A stretch of DNA of 40,019 bases from IMG/VR virus record IMGVR_UViG_2531839180_000007. One strand, 5' to 3'. Source of the stretch: a virus (Duplodnaviria; Heunggongvirae; Uroviricota; Caudoviricetes). Made by a program: the position numbers and the translations under genes. Of the stretch, positions 9,924-19,553 are shown in pieces. Every line of letters starts with the position of its first letter. Within the stretch, counting starts at the first letter, position 1. Below the pieces are notes generated by a model. It was not told the origin of the DNA. It worked only from the letters and a program-made list of their open reading frames with translations, and did no database searches.

Positions 9924-11831
9924 TTATCGTGGAAAACGAAAAGGGGAATACCCCACATCGTGCGTGATTTTCATCAGGGGATCGGCTTTGCCCGGTACAT
10001 CAATTATCTTCATACCTGGCGGAGCATTCTCGAACGTGACTTTCAGTTCGCTGTGCTGTGTCATGGAAGAAGATGGATTCAACAGCGGAACATTGGGTTT
10101 GTACTGGCTCAGGCTGGCCTGATACTGCTCGTACTCTTTACGATCAAAAAAAGGCGTCCAGTCTGAAGCCAGAAACAGCCCTTTATTATCCAGCCAGTTA
10201 ACCGTATCTTCAGGAACAACACTTTCCAGAGTATCTTTAACCGGCTCATACATCAGGGTTCCCAGAAAACCATATCCCCCGGCCTTCCCGATAAAGCCGC
10301 GGCCTTTCCCCATCAATCCCGTTTCTGCCGATACCTTCCCCAGCGTACGCATCTCTCTGGTCACTGCGGTAATGGATTTGGTAACGTCAGCAACCCATTT
10401 GGTTGCCATAAACAGGGCAATCGCTTTCAGAACAGTTTCCCATCCCCCCATCGCCTGCGCCGTTTCATCCACCACGTGCCAGACTTTTTTTATGACAGGG
10501 CCTACGGTTTCCCAGTTATCAATAATGAGGTAAGCGCCACCAACCAGAAGAGCAATCAGCCCCTTAGCTGGCGTCATATTCATCACACCGCCGAGAACTT
10601 TCATAATTCTGGACAAAGAGCCTGCAGCGGCTCCCACCGTCAGTAAGGCCAGACCGATTTTAGCAATGGTCTTAACGAGCTCCGGGTTTTCACGGACAAA
10701 CGTTCTCACTTCCTCAAGGAGCGGTTTTACCGCTTCAAGACCATCATTAACCTCAGGAAGAAACGTTTCCCCCAGCGTGGAAGAAATGGCATCAAGTTGA
10801 TTTTGCAGAAGTAAAAGCTGGTTTTCCGTCGTCGCTGCCCTCGAAGCATATTCCTTCTGCATCGAACTGCCATACTGCTGGGAATCCGCAACCCGCCTGA
10901 AGTTGGTACGCAACAAATCAAGGTTAGTCAGCAGAGGTGCTATCGCGCCCAGAGACTCTTTCCCGAACAGGGCATTCAGCACAGCGGCCCGTTTTTCTTT
11001 AGGCACTTTAGCCATCGCATCCAGTACAGACAGCATGGTGCCCCGGGCATCTTTCTGCATATCAGCAGCTAATTTCTTCGGATTGATCCGCAGAAAACGC
11101 AATGCCTGTTTCTGCGATTTTGTCGCAGAATTTCCCGCGGTCAGGGAAAGCATGAAGTTCTTGATCCCTGTGGCGGCAATTTCTGACTCCACGCCCATCC
11201 CGGCAATGGTTGCCCCCATTGCCGCAATTTCGCCGGAAGCCACACCTGCAACACCACCTAAAGGACCAATACGCGTAACAATATCGGAGATTTTCTTCGC
11301 ATTCGCCGGGCCGGTATTACCAAGGTAGTTGATTTTGTCAGCCAGCCCGGCCACTTCATCCTGCGTCATATTAAACGCAGTACGCCACTGGGCCATCATC
11401 TGCCCGGACTCTTCAGCCGTTGTATCAAAGGCCACGCCCATCTTCACCGCATCAGTGGCAAACTGCATCAGTTCATCACGTGCAATCCCGGCCTGACCGC
11501 CAGCCGCCACAATTTCCGCGATCCCGTCTGCAGACATGGGAAGCTCTGTAGACAAAGCGCGTACCTGCTCCGTCATGGCCTTAAATGCATCCGGCGTATC
11601 CAGACCGTCCACCACTTTGCGGACATCAGCCATCTTCGATTCAAGGGTGATGGCTGATTTTACAGGGAGTGCCAGTGCCCCCATTATTGCAGTACCCGCC
11701 CCGGCAGCACCCAGAGCAAGGCTGGAGACTTCTTTCTGAAATCCCTTAAGCTGACGCTGCATACCTTTAAGCGGGCCGGATAGCCTGTCAACGGCGGTGA
11801 TGATGGCTTTCAGCTGAAAATTATCAGCCAT
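9924..11831 (-). CDS. Tail tape measure protein
   Basis: 635 aa, Ala/Gly-rich and predicted helical; lies between the tail chaperone/tube genes and the baseplate genes. Confidence 0.75.
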   Translation of the reverse strand: MADNFQLKAIITAVDRLSGPLKGMQRQLKGFQKEVSSLALGAAGAGTAIMGALALPVKSAITLESKMADVRKVVDGLDTPDAFKAMTEQVRALSTELPMSADGIAEIVAAGGQAGIARDELMQFATDAVKMGVAFDTTAEESGQMMAQWRTAFNMTQDEVAGLADKINYLGNTGPANAKKISDIVTRIGPLGGVAGVASGEIAAMGATIAGMGVESEIAATGIKNFMLSLTAGNSATKSQKQALRFLRINPKKLAADMQKDARGTMLSVLDAMAKVPKEKRAAVLNALFGKESLGAIAPLLTNLDLLRTNFRRVADSQQYGSSMQKEYASRAATTENQLLLLQNQLDAISSTLGETFLPEVNDGLEAVKPLLEEVRTFVRENPELVKTIAKIGLALLTVGAAAGSLSRIMKVLGGVMNMTPAKGLIALLVGGAYLIIDNWETVGPVIKKVWHVVDETAQAMGGWETVLKAIALFMATKWVADVTKSITAVTREMRTLGKVSAETGLMGKGRGFIGKAGGYGFLGTLMYEPVKDTLESVVPEDTVNWLDNKGLFLASDWTPFFDRKEYEQYQASLSQYKPNVPLLNPSSSMTQHSELKVTFENAPPGMKIIDVPGKADPLMKITHDVGYSPFRFPR

Positions 11832-11915
11832 GCTTCATCTCCTCATTTATACGGACGGCCTCTGCCTCCAGATCAGCAAAGTGGGAAATAGCCGTCCGGC
11901 GAAGTTCAAGTGGGT

Positions 11916-12239
11916 TTAATTTCCAGAACCACGCGACATTGTAGAATCGCTTCCTGAGGTCTCTTCCGTCTCCAAGCCGGTAAAAAAACGCATTACAATC
12001 ATGCCTGCCTTGAAAATATCCAGCTTCGTCATCTGCGCTGCAGACGAGCGCGGGATCCCGGCCAGAAGCGGGATATATTTCAGCGCCACCTGACTGTCCA
12101 TTTTCATACCACCATCAGGCGAAACAGAGAAAGGGAACCCCAGCGCCTCAATCTCGTCATACGTAGGCTCACGTATTTCCAACACATGCAGTGTTTCTTT
12201 GTGGGCGATGATCGGTTTTTTAAGTACAAGCTCAATCAC
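11916..12239 (-). CDS. Tail assembly chaperone-like protein
   Basis: 107 aa; position between tail tube and tape measure. Confidence 0.4.
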   Translation of the reverse strand: MIELVLKKPIIAHKETLHVLEIREPTYDEIEALGFPFSVSPDGGMKMDSQVALKYIPLLAGIPRSSAAQMTKLDIFKAGMIVMRFFTGLETEETSGSDSTMSRGSGN

Positions 12240-12592
12240 TGGTAATCCCCTTCTTCACCGTGAAATTCAATATCGACCGTGCCTTCTTCGGCATTATGGT
12301 TCGCTTCGCCGTGCAGCCAGGCTGACGACAATACATAGACCTGACCGTTCGCCAGCTCGGCAGTGATGGTCATCTCATCAGACGAGGTGATTTTGCTCAC
12401 CGGAAAATTCTTCGGTACCTTGAAGGTCCCTTTGACATAAGGTGCACGGTGAGTTTCCTTGCGGTCCACTGAACCGTCCAGACCGATGATGTCATCATTA
12501 ACCGTTTTGTTCATGGGCACCTCAATGCCGCCGGTCAGCGATAGCTGCTGACCGTCAATCTTGAAATAACAGGTTCCCCCGATACGGGCCAT
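12236..12592 (-). CDS. Tail tube protein (Mu M-like)
   Basis: 118 aa; directly downstream of the sheath gene. Confidence 0.6.
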   Translation of the reverse strand: MARIGGTCYFKIDGQQLSLTGGIEVPMNKTVNDDIIGLDGSVDRKETHRAPYVKGTFKVPKNFPVSKITSSDEMTITAELANGQVYVLSSAWLHGEANHNAEEGTVDIEFHGEEGDYQ

Positions 12593-14088
12593 TATGCGGA
12601 CTCCTCTGAATACTGAAGACGGAACTGGTTAACCACGGCAAAGACACGCAGCTGGTTAACATAGTCAGGCGGGAACAGCGTGTTCAGGCGATTTGGATCG
12701 CTGGCATCACGCTCCACAACCAGGTACTGCTTAAACAGTTCGTAGTTTTCCACGATGCCCGCACGCTCGAGCTGACGGTAGGTTGCCAGCAGTTCCCCTT
12801 TGATCACCGCCGGGGTGACAATCGCCTGACCGGGACCAAAGCGGGTACCGTCGCTGGCAAGCTTGTGACGCCCGTACTTACTGGTAATGACGGATTTCAG
12901 TTTGCGCAGTACATACGCACTGGTATGCAGCGTCTCGCTGTCGAGGTAGCTGTTATCCGCAACCCCGTAAGCATTTTCCCTGTACGTGGTGACATCACGC
13001 TGAATGCGCAGCACCCCGCTTTCGACATACGCCGTTGCCACGCCATGAGACAGCAGGGTCTGTTGTTCTGTCATCGTGAACCGTTTCCCCTTCGGCGCAG
13101 GCAGCATACCCACCAGCTCACCGGTTTGCGTGGGACGTGCCGGATCGTTGCGAATAAACACCGCTGCGCGGGCGGTACGGCTTGCCGCCAGCTCGTCGGC
13201 AGGCGTCTGGGTGTCTTTTTCGTATCCCGCCAGGGTAATGTGCTGCTGGTTAAACTGGTCACCTGCGGTCACCAGTTCTGACAGCGTGCCGATCTTTGCC
13301 GTATACACATGACCATACAGCTGACGCGCATAGCTCCAGCGACCGCTGGTATCGTTCATCTCGGTCACCAGCGTGTTAACGGAGGCCGTGTCGTTGAACG
13401 GCAGGCCGATATAATCAAACGGCTCATCCGCCATTGCAGCCACCGCGCCGGTGAGAACCGGAGCGCCCGTTCCGGCGGTACCCGTCGCCACAGCAATCTG
13501 TACACCCGCTGGCAGCACTTCGCCACCACCAAAGCCGTAGTAATTGAGGCTGACAGGAATTTCATTCCCGCAAAGCCCCTTATGACGCGCGGTCAGCGTG
13601 ACCACGCCTGCCGAAGATGAGGCCGTAAACGGCAGGGTCGGAACGGCATTGATGGCATCCTGGATACTGCTGGCAATCGCCGTGACGTTATCGCCGTTGG
13701 TCACCGGTGCCTGCACGCGGGTACGTCCCACATAAACATTCACCGTGCCGCTTTCGGTTGCTGCTCCAGTCACCGTCAGCGTAACCGTTGCCGCCGCGCC
13801 CGTGGATTCAGGAACGGCAATCACATACAGCTCACCAAACGGGTCGGTCTGGCGATAAGCCTCGACCATACGCGCCAGCTGACTTCCCGCACCACAAATC
13901 TGGCATGCATAGTCTGCCGACGGCATCAGCACCAGACTGTTGGCAACAATCTCTGCACCGTTATTGGCATGACCAATCAGCAGCGATGCTCCGCTGTCCT
14001 GTGCAGTATTCGCAGCCTGGTTATCCATTTCCGCATAAAACAGCGGAACCAGCGTATTCGACGGAATGGTGTTAAAGCTTATCGTCAT
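12592..14088 (-). CDS. Contractile tail sheath protein (Mu L-like)
   Basis: 498 aa; size and position typical of a myovirus sheath, upstream of tube. Confidence 0.75.
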   Translation of the reverse strand: MTISFNTIPSNTLVPLFYAEMDNQAANTAQDSGASLLIGHANNGAEIVANSLVLMPSADYACQICGAGSQLARMVEAYRQTDPFGELYVIAVPESTGAAATVTLTVTGAATESGTVNVYVGRTRVQAPVTNGDNVTAIASSIQDAINAVPTLPFTASSSAGVVTLTARHKGLCGNEIPVSLNYYGFGGGEVLPAGVQIAVATGTAGTGAPVLTGAVAAMADEPFDYIGLPFNDTASVNTLVTEMNDTSGRWSYARQLYGHVYTAKIGTLSELVTAGDQFNQQHITLAGYEKDTQTPADELAASRTARAAVFIRNDPARPTQTGELVGMLPAPKGKRFTMTEQQTLLSHGVATAYVESGVLRIQRDVTTYRENAYGVADNSYLDSETLHTSAYVLRKLKSVITSKYGRHKLASDGTRFGPGQAIVTPAVIKGELLATYRQLERAGIVENYELFKQYLVVERDASDPNRLNTLFPPDYVNQLRVFAVVNQFRLQYSEESA

Positions 14089-14242
14089 CGGTATTCACCT
14101 TTTTATTCACGCGCCGGATATCACCCGCTGCTTCACGGCGCAGCCAGTAGTTGTTCTCGTCAACATTTCGCCCTTCGGCGGGCAAAAGGTCGCCGCGGGC
14201 AGGGTCAGGCACTGACCGCCCTTTAACAGGTTTCACAAACAT
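14072..14242 (-). CDS. Small conserved protein preceding the sheath gene (DUF2635-like), 56 aa
   Basis: ATG at 14242 to TAA at 14072, translating MFVKPVKGRSVPDPARGDLLPAEGRNVDENNYWLRREAAGDIRRVNKKVNTDDDKL. Below the 60-aa cut-off of the ORF track; overlaps the sheath start. Confidence 0.45.
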   Translation of the reverse strand: MFVKPVKGRSVPDPARGDLLPAEGRNVDENNYWLRREAAGDIRRVNKKVNTDDDKL

Positions 14243-14250
14243 GAGGATCC

Positions 14251-14811
14251 TCAGGAAGGAAGGGTTATTTCGGTGTGATGTTCGATATCGCCGTCAGGCC
14301 CGTTACCGGGATCGAGATAATCAACATCAATCGCCAGCGTTCGCAGTTCATCCAGACTGTTCAGGTCATCCTGCTGGCGGGTATCGTCTTCGGTCAGCTC
14401 GCTGATGACCGAAAAATCGAACTGATAAATCAGCTCATGACGATTCAGATCCAGCAGCGTGCCGCCGTCATAGGTAATCGGGTTACCGCACGCTTCCGGG
14501 TTCCAGCCCAGCAGAGCCTTAAAGAGCATCTGCCGGACATCGTCCACCACATCATACGAGGCAAACTGACCGCGCTCATCACGCCCGTTACTCAGTATGA
14601 CAACCACGGAGAAGCCCTCTTTCAGCTCCTGCCAGTAGTCGGTCTGGCTTTTGTTTTCTCCCGGAGAGTCATCACCCGGTACCACATACGCCGCCGGGAG
14701 TCTCAGCTTTCCGACCTCCGGCAGATTTTTGAACTGTGCCGCGCCTGCCACCCGGTTTTCAAAATACGGGCAGCGGGCACGCAGCGCAGCAATAACAGGC
14801 GTCAGTTTCAT
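14251..14811 (-). CDS. Putative neck/tail completion protein (Mu gp37-like)
   Basis: 186 aa; position between head-completion genes and the sheath. Confidence 0.4.
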   Translation of the reverse strand: MKLTPVIAALRARCPYFENRVAGAAQFKNLPEVGKLRLPAAYVVPGDDSPGENKSQTDYWQELKEGFSVVVILSNGRDERGQFASYDVVDDVRQMLFKALLGWNPEACGNPITYDGGTLLDLNRHELIYQFDFSVISELTEDDTRQQDDLNSLDELRTLAIDVDYLDPGNGPDGDIEHHTEITLPS

Positions 14812-15314
14812 CTGTGTCGTCGCTCCGGCTTCAGTGATTTACGCAATTCCCGCGCCAGAAAATAGCGTGTCCAGCTGCGGTTCTTTTCAAGAGTTTCCAC
14901 CATAAAGTTATTACGTGGAGCCAGCCGCCAGCCGCTGCCACCGGATGCACCACGATGATGGCTACGACGACGTTTTGCTCCTCCCCGGACACCAAAAAAC
15001 AGAAACGCCGGATAGAAGTCACCAGAGATCATCCGGTTCCCCTTCCCGTTGCGCTGGTTAGGGGCAATGCGTGTCATAAAACCGGCTCGCTTTTTACTGG
15101 CTCTCGGCACCATGTAACCAATCGAACGAGCCAGACGTCCGGTCTGATAACCGGGATTTTCACCCGGTGCCGACCGCGCACGGCGCATCACCAGCCGACG
15201 GGCATCACGCATATGACGCTGCCCAATCGTGACAAACGCCCGCCGGACACGGGCGCGGTTAAAGCGCATCTCCGCGGGCTGCTGAACATCAACGTGAAAA
15301 AAGGGAGTCGCCAT
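14808..15314 (-). CDS. Virion morphogenesis / tail completion protein (HK97 gp10-like)
   Basis: 168 aa basic protein; position in the head-tail joining block. Confidence 0.45.
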   Translation of the reverse strand: MATPFFHVDVQQPAEMRFNRARVRRAFVTIGQRHMRDARRLVMRRARSAPGENPGYQTGRLARSIGYMVPRASKKRAGFMTRIAPNQRNGKGNRMISGDFYPAFLFFGVRGGAKRRRSHHRGASGGSGWRLAPRNNFMVETLEKNRSWTRYFLARELRKSLKPERRHR

Positions 15315-15699
15315 TGCTGCCTCCGTGACTCTGCGTAAATTCGCCCAGTTCCGTACACTCCAGCAGCAGAAAGCGCCGCGCCCCGTTCAGATCGCGCTGA
15401 CGTTTCACCCGGTACACACTGTCACCGCAGACCACCTCATAATCAGCGGTGATCCCCCGGCGGTAGCGAATGGTGATGTAATGGGTGATGGCGTCTCCAG
15501 TCTGCGCGGTTTCCTGCCAGGTGGTGGCACTGGTCTGGATAACCTTCGCCCATGTCCGGAACGTAACCGGGTATTGATGCTCCACGCCAAAGTTATCCGC
15601 GGGCATATCCACCCGCTGGCGGATCAGGACGCGTTTATTCAGTTCACCGGGGTCCGGCAGAATGTAGGTTGCGCTGGTCTGCGCCTGACGAATTTTCAT
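15289..15699 (-). CDS. Head-tail adaptor / head closure protein
   Basis: 136 aa; position after the gp6-like connector. Confidence 0.45.
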   Translation of the reverse strand: MKIRQAQTSATYILPDPGELNKRVLIRQRVDMPADNFGVEHQYPVTFRTWAKVIQTSATTWQETAQTGDAITHYITIRYRRGITADYEVVCGDSVYRVKRQRDLNGARRFLLLECTELGEFTQSHGGSNGDSLFSR

Positions 15700-16019
15700 T
15701 GCGGAAAGTACCTGTACGGGCCGACAAGCCAGCCAAAACTCTGCGGCATGTCGAGTTTCTCCACTTCCGTAACCGACGAGCGGTTTTCGTAAAAATGGCT
15801 GATAAGCATCAGCATCCCCAGACGAATATCATCCGGCAGGTGCAGCCCGTCCGGATCGCTGTCCGGAATGGTTTCATCCGGTGCATAGAGCTTCCGGTTC
15901 AGATACGTTTCCGTCCGCTTTTGCGCCGCACAGGCCAGCAGTTGCAGATGGCGGTCATCAGCATCGAAATCCTCATCCAGCCGGAGTTGGGCTTTAATCT
16001 CTTCCATTGTCAGAAGCAT
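15696..16019 (-). CDS. Head-tail connector protein (gp6-like)
   Basis: 107 aa; MLLTMEEIKAQLRLDEDFDADD.. N-terminus is typical of gp6-like connector proteins. Confidence 0.55.
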   Translation of the reverse strand: MLLTMEEIKAQLRLDEDFDADDRHLQLLACAAQKRTETYLNRKLYAPDETIPDSDPDGLHLPDDIRLGMLMLISHFYENRSSVTEVEKLDMPQSFGWLVGPYRYFPQ

Positions 16020-16021
16020 AC

Positions 16022-16222
16022 TCAGCCCTCTTTACTGGTCGTGGCTTTTTTCTCTTTTGCCGCTTTACTGCTTTTTGTACTGATTCCGCGCTCTGCTAAC
16101 CCAGCCTGAAGTGCAATCTCCTGCACCCGGGCAGGAAGCGCCCCGTCGTCATACTCACCGGCCCGAATGACCTCAACACGCATACCGTCCGGTGACCATT
16201 TCAGATCTTGTTTCAGGATCAT
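16022..16222 (-). CDS. Small hypothetical head-associated protein
   Basis: 66-aa ORF immediately downstream of the major capsid gene; Lys/Ala-rich C-terminus. Confidence 0.3.
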   Translation of the reverse strand: MILKQDLKWSPDGMRVEVIRAGEYDDGALPARVQEIALQAGLAERGISTKSSKAAKEKKATTSKEG

Positions 16223-16270
16223 GATTCTTCACCCGTCAGAACAGGGGCGCGGTTCCGCGCCCCTGAGTGA

Positions 16271-17476
16271 TTACGCCGCTGCAATCTTCAGCAGTTTGAT
16301 GGCCTGCGAATCGACCAGCATCCCGCCGGTGCGCTTGGTGGTATAAAAACCGACAAACGGTTTATTGGTGTACGGGTCACGCAGAATGCGGGTGCCGATA
16401 CGGTCAACGATGGTGTAACCCCGTTTGAAGTTACCAAATGCAATGGCTTTCGCATCAGCGGCGATATCCGGCATCTGTTCGTTTTCAGCGATACCGTAAC
16501 CCGCCAGAGAGGACGGCTGCCCCAGTTCCAGCCCCGGACGCCACAGATAGTTACCCTCGGTGTCTTTCAGCAGACGGATGGCAAACAGGCTGTTGTTGTT
16601 CATCATGAACTTCGCGCCAGTGCGGTGTGCCTTACGCAGCGTGTAAATCAGTTTGATAATGGCGTCTGCGGTCACCGCCGTCGCTTCGCCGGATACAATA
16701 TGCTGAAGTTTGCCGAACGCCCTGACCTTATCGGTTTCATCAGTGGATTCATACGCCAGGAACCCTTTCGGCTTCTTGGTACCATCGCCGGTGGTAAAGG
16801 CAATTTCTTCCTGTTCGGCAAATTCGGTTGCCAGCTCGCTGTTGATCCATGCTTCCACGTTGAAAAAGGCATCATCCAGCATTTTCTGGGTAGCCTGCGG
16901 GTTACCGTAGATTTCCCCCATGAAAGGTTCAATCAGTCCCAGTTTTGAGGTGGCAGTCTGGGAGCGCGCGTCAGTCTCGCCAACCCATCCGGAAGCCGTG
17001 CCGCCCAGATTCACCAGTTTTTTGTAGTCGGAACCGCCAACGGTGATCACCGTGGCTTCCTGGCGCATCACCACTTCATCTTTCAGCAGGGTAAGAATGT
17101 TGCGATCCAGTGCTTCCGGCACGGCATAGCCGCCGTCTTCATCGGTGCCCACCTGTAATGCCTTGCGCTCCAGATCGCGCAGACCATCTTCACGGCCTTT
17201 ACGCAGGAAGCCCACAAACGCTTCTTTATGCTCGGTGGCCAGTTTATTTTGCGCACCACCTGCCGGACGTTTCAGCTCAAGAAGCTCTTTTTCAAGATCG
17301 CTTTTGAGGTTTTCCAGCTCGCTGAGTTTCCCGTTCAGGGTTTCCACCTGCCCGGCAAGTTTGCCTTTTTCCTGCTCAATCGCATCCACGCGCTTGTCGT
17401 TCTTTGCTTTGAAGTCGTCAAACTTCTGCTGCAGCTCCTGCGCGACCTGTTCGACATCTTTAATATCAACCGCCAT
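16271..17476 (-). CDS. Major capsid protein (HK97 fold) with N-terminal coiled-coil scaffold domain
   Basis: 401 aa; coiled-coil delta-domain-like N-terminus followed by a capsid domain; downstream of the prohead protease. Confidence 0.8.
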   Translation of the reverse strand: MAVDIKDVEQVAQELQQKFDDFKAKNDKRVDAIEQEKGKLAGQVETLNGKLSELENLKSDLEKELLELKRPAGGAQNKLATEHKEAFVGFLRKGREDGLRDLERKALQVGTDEDGGYAVPEALDRNILTLLKDEVVMRQEATVITVGGSDYKKLVNLGGTASGWVGETDARSQTATSKLGLIEPFMGEIYGNPQATQKMLDDAFFNVEAWINSELATEFAEQEEIAFTTGDGTKKPKGFLAYESTDETDKVRAFGKLQHIVSGEATAVTADAIIKLIYTLRKAHRTGAKFMMNNNSLFAIRLLKDTEGNYLWRPGLELGQPSSLAGYGIAENEQMPDIAADAKAIAFGNFKRGYTIVDRIGTRILRDPYTNKPFVGFYTTKRTGGMLVDSQAIKLLKIAAA

Positions 17477-17490
17477 CGTATTTCTCCTGA

Positions 17491-18177
17491 TTAGAAGTTC
17501 AGATTTTTCAGTGCATTCAGTGCAGAGCCCACATCCTCAGCGTCGCGCAGGGACAGTGCGCCATAGCCCCCGGCCATGAATGCTTTGGCCTGGGTACGGG
17601 AGAGTCCGACATCACGCAGGACTCTTTCGATTTTTTTCTGTTCGGGGATTTCCCCGCGGGCCAGTGCGTTCTTGACGTCGCTGATCCGCGCCTCGTCGTT
17701 AGACGGGAACGTCACCAGGCTGACTTCCCAGAGGTCGATTTCTTTCAGCAGAAAGGCTTCTTTGCTCCGGTCGTATTCCCAGTCTTTCAGGACATACCCA
17801 ATAGAAAGGCCGGTTAACGAACCGGCCTTCATGTGTGCATGTGCGCGTTTTGCGAGGGGATCATCATCAATAAGCAACCGTCCCCTGACGTAAAGCCCGA
17901 CATCGTCTTCCTTCATTTCGGTGTAAACACCGATGGGTTCATCCATGCGGTGCTGCCAGAGCAGCGCAGGTAACGCTTTTCTGTCACTCCACGCCCGCAG
18001 GGAAGCAGCAAATGCCCCGGACATCACCACATCATCGTGGCTGTCCTTTACACCAAAGACGGAGCCATACCCTTCAAACTCACCGGAGTCACTGACAGAT
18101 TTCAGACTCAGCGGTACATCAAGACGTTGTTTCGTCTGCATTGGCGTTATCCTTCTGCTTACCGGCTTTACTGCCAT
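17491..18177 (-). CDS. Prohead protease (HK97 family)
   Basis: 228 aa; FEGYGSVFGVKDSHDDVV motif region typical of HK97-type prohead proteases; lies between portal and capsid. The real start may be the internal Met near 18141. Confidence 0.75.
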   Translation of the reverse strand: MAVKPVSRRITPMQTKQRLDVPLSLKSVSDSGEFEGYGSVFGVKDSHDDVVMSGAFAASLRAWSDRKALPALLWQHRMDEPIGVYTEMKEDDVGLYVRGRLLIDDDPLAKRAHAHMKAGSLTGLSIGYVLKDWEYDRSKEAFLLKEIDLWEVSLVTFPSNDEARISDVKNALARGEIPEQKKIERVLRDVGLSRTQAKAFMAGGYGALSLRDAEDVGSALNALKNLNF

Positions 18178-19360
18178 CGGAGGGTTTCGTGGTCATGTTC
18201 ATCGGTGTGAGATAGACATCCCCACCGGGACGCGGATTCATATCTTCCAGGTCGCGGCAGTCATTGGGAGAGTAAATTCCCCAGTTGATCCCGGTGGCGT
18301 AGGCTTCAAAACGGGACTTCATATCCCCGCGCAGTAACGCCCCGGCGTTAAATTTGGCGTAATAAACGCCCTGCTTACTTTTTCGTACCAGTCCGGTGTT
18401 GATCCGCTGTTCGATGCGGGTCAGATACGGCACCAGTGAATAGTTGATAAATCCCAGCCCCAGCTCTTCGATATTGTTGAAGGTGGCGCGATCGGTGTTC
18501 TGCACCATGTGCAACGGCACCCGGAACAGACGACAGATTTCTTCAAGCTGAAACTTGCGGGTTTCCAGGAACTGGCTGTCCTCGGCGTTCAGCGCCATCG
18601 ACTTCCAGTCCAGCCCCATCTCAAGGATCATCGGGCGGTGAGCATTGCCAAGCCCGGTGTGACGCTCCTCAAAATCTTTCTTCAGGCGCTCATAAGCCTG
18701 ATCTGACAGCGTCTGCTCTGTACGCAACACCCCCGACGTCACCGCGCCATTGCTGAACAGTCTGGCCCCGTGCTCTTCGGTCGCTGCCGCCAGCGATATT
18801 GCCTCGCGGGCATAGGCGACGGGATTCAGCCCCACCAGTCCGTCCAGCGTCAGCGTGCGCACATGCCAGATATCCTCCTGGCTCAGTACATCCGTGGAGC
18901 CATCCGGGAATGTGACCTGATAGACCGGCTCCCAGCTACTGTTAAGCTTCGGTACCACACAACCGGGATCGACGGGCAGCAGTTCAGCCACTTCGCCAAA
19001 TGCTTTCACTTTGTAGGCGTAAAAATTTCCCCTCAGACACAGACAGGTGACCACCAGCTCCCAGAACTCCTGCGGCGTCATATAGCTATTGGGATGCGTG
19101 GAGATCAGTTTATGCAGACGTTCGCCGGTGGCTCTCTGCTTCAGGCTGCCGTTCAGGTGATACAGATTGCAGGGCAACATCCCGACCGACTCTGCCAGCA
19201 CTCTGACGCAGGAAAAAACCGCCGTCAGTCGCATGGCTCGCTGACTGCTGATCTGCTTTCCGGTATAGGTGTCGTAGGACAACCCGATGGCATCCGCCAG
19301 CTCTGCTGGCGTGGTCACCGGTGCGTCACTTTTTCGTTGAAATAATCCCGAAAAGAACAC
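18119..19360 (-). CDS. Portal protein (HK97 family)
   Basis: 413 aa; position after the large terminase and before the protease. Confidence 0.8.
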   Translation of the reverse strand: MFFSGLFQRKSDAPVTTPAELADAIGLSYDTYTGKQISSQRAMRLTAVFSCVRVLAESVGMLPCNLYHLNGSLKQRATGERLHKLISTHPNSYMTPQEFWELVVTCLCLRGNFYAYKVKAFGEVAELLPVDPGCVVPKLNSSWEPVYQVTFPDGSTDVLSQEDIWHVRTLTLDGLVGLNPVAYAREAISLAAATEEHGARLFSNGAVTSGVLRTEQTLSDQAYERLKKDFEERHTGLGNAHRPMILEMGLDWKSMALNAEDSQFLETRKFQLEEICRLFRVPLHMVQNTDRATFNNIEELGLGFINYSLVPYLTRIEQRINTGLVRKSKQGVYYAKFNAGALLRGDMKSRFEAYATGINWGIYSPNDCRDLEDMNPRPGGDVYLTPMNMTTKPSDGSKAGKQKDNANADETTS

Positions 19361-19542
19361 TATTTACCTCCACCAACAGACAGCTGTGTACGGTCGAGAT
19401 ATCGCGCCACCAGCCACGACCAGAACAGGCACAACGCCCCGGCAACAACAAACCCCGCCGGGGGATAAATCAGCCAGGCACCATACGCCAGCAAAAGCGC
19501 CCCCAGCACGCCCACCAGAGGCGCGAGAATCAGCATGATCAT
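19360..19542 (-). CDS. Small membrane protein (two predicted transmembrane segments)
   Basis: 60-aa hydrophobic ORF between large terminase and portal. Confidence 0.4.
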   Translation of the reverse strand: MIMLILAPLVGVLGALLLAYGAWLIYPPAGFVVAGALCLFWSWLVARYLDRTQLSVGGGK

Positions 19543-19553
19543 AATTACCTCAG

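Noticed and set aside
14808-15792. Track ORFs 14955..15338 (+), 15325..15792 (+), 15405..15590 (-) and 14831..15022 (-)
   Set aside because: They overlap the head-tail joining genes in alternative frames and on the antisense strand and have no start signals.
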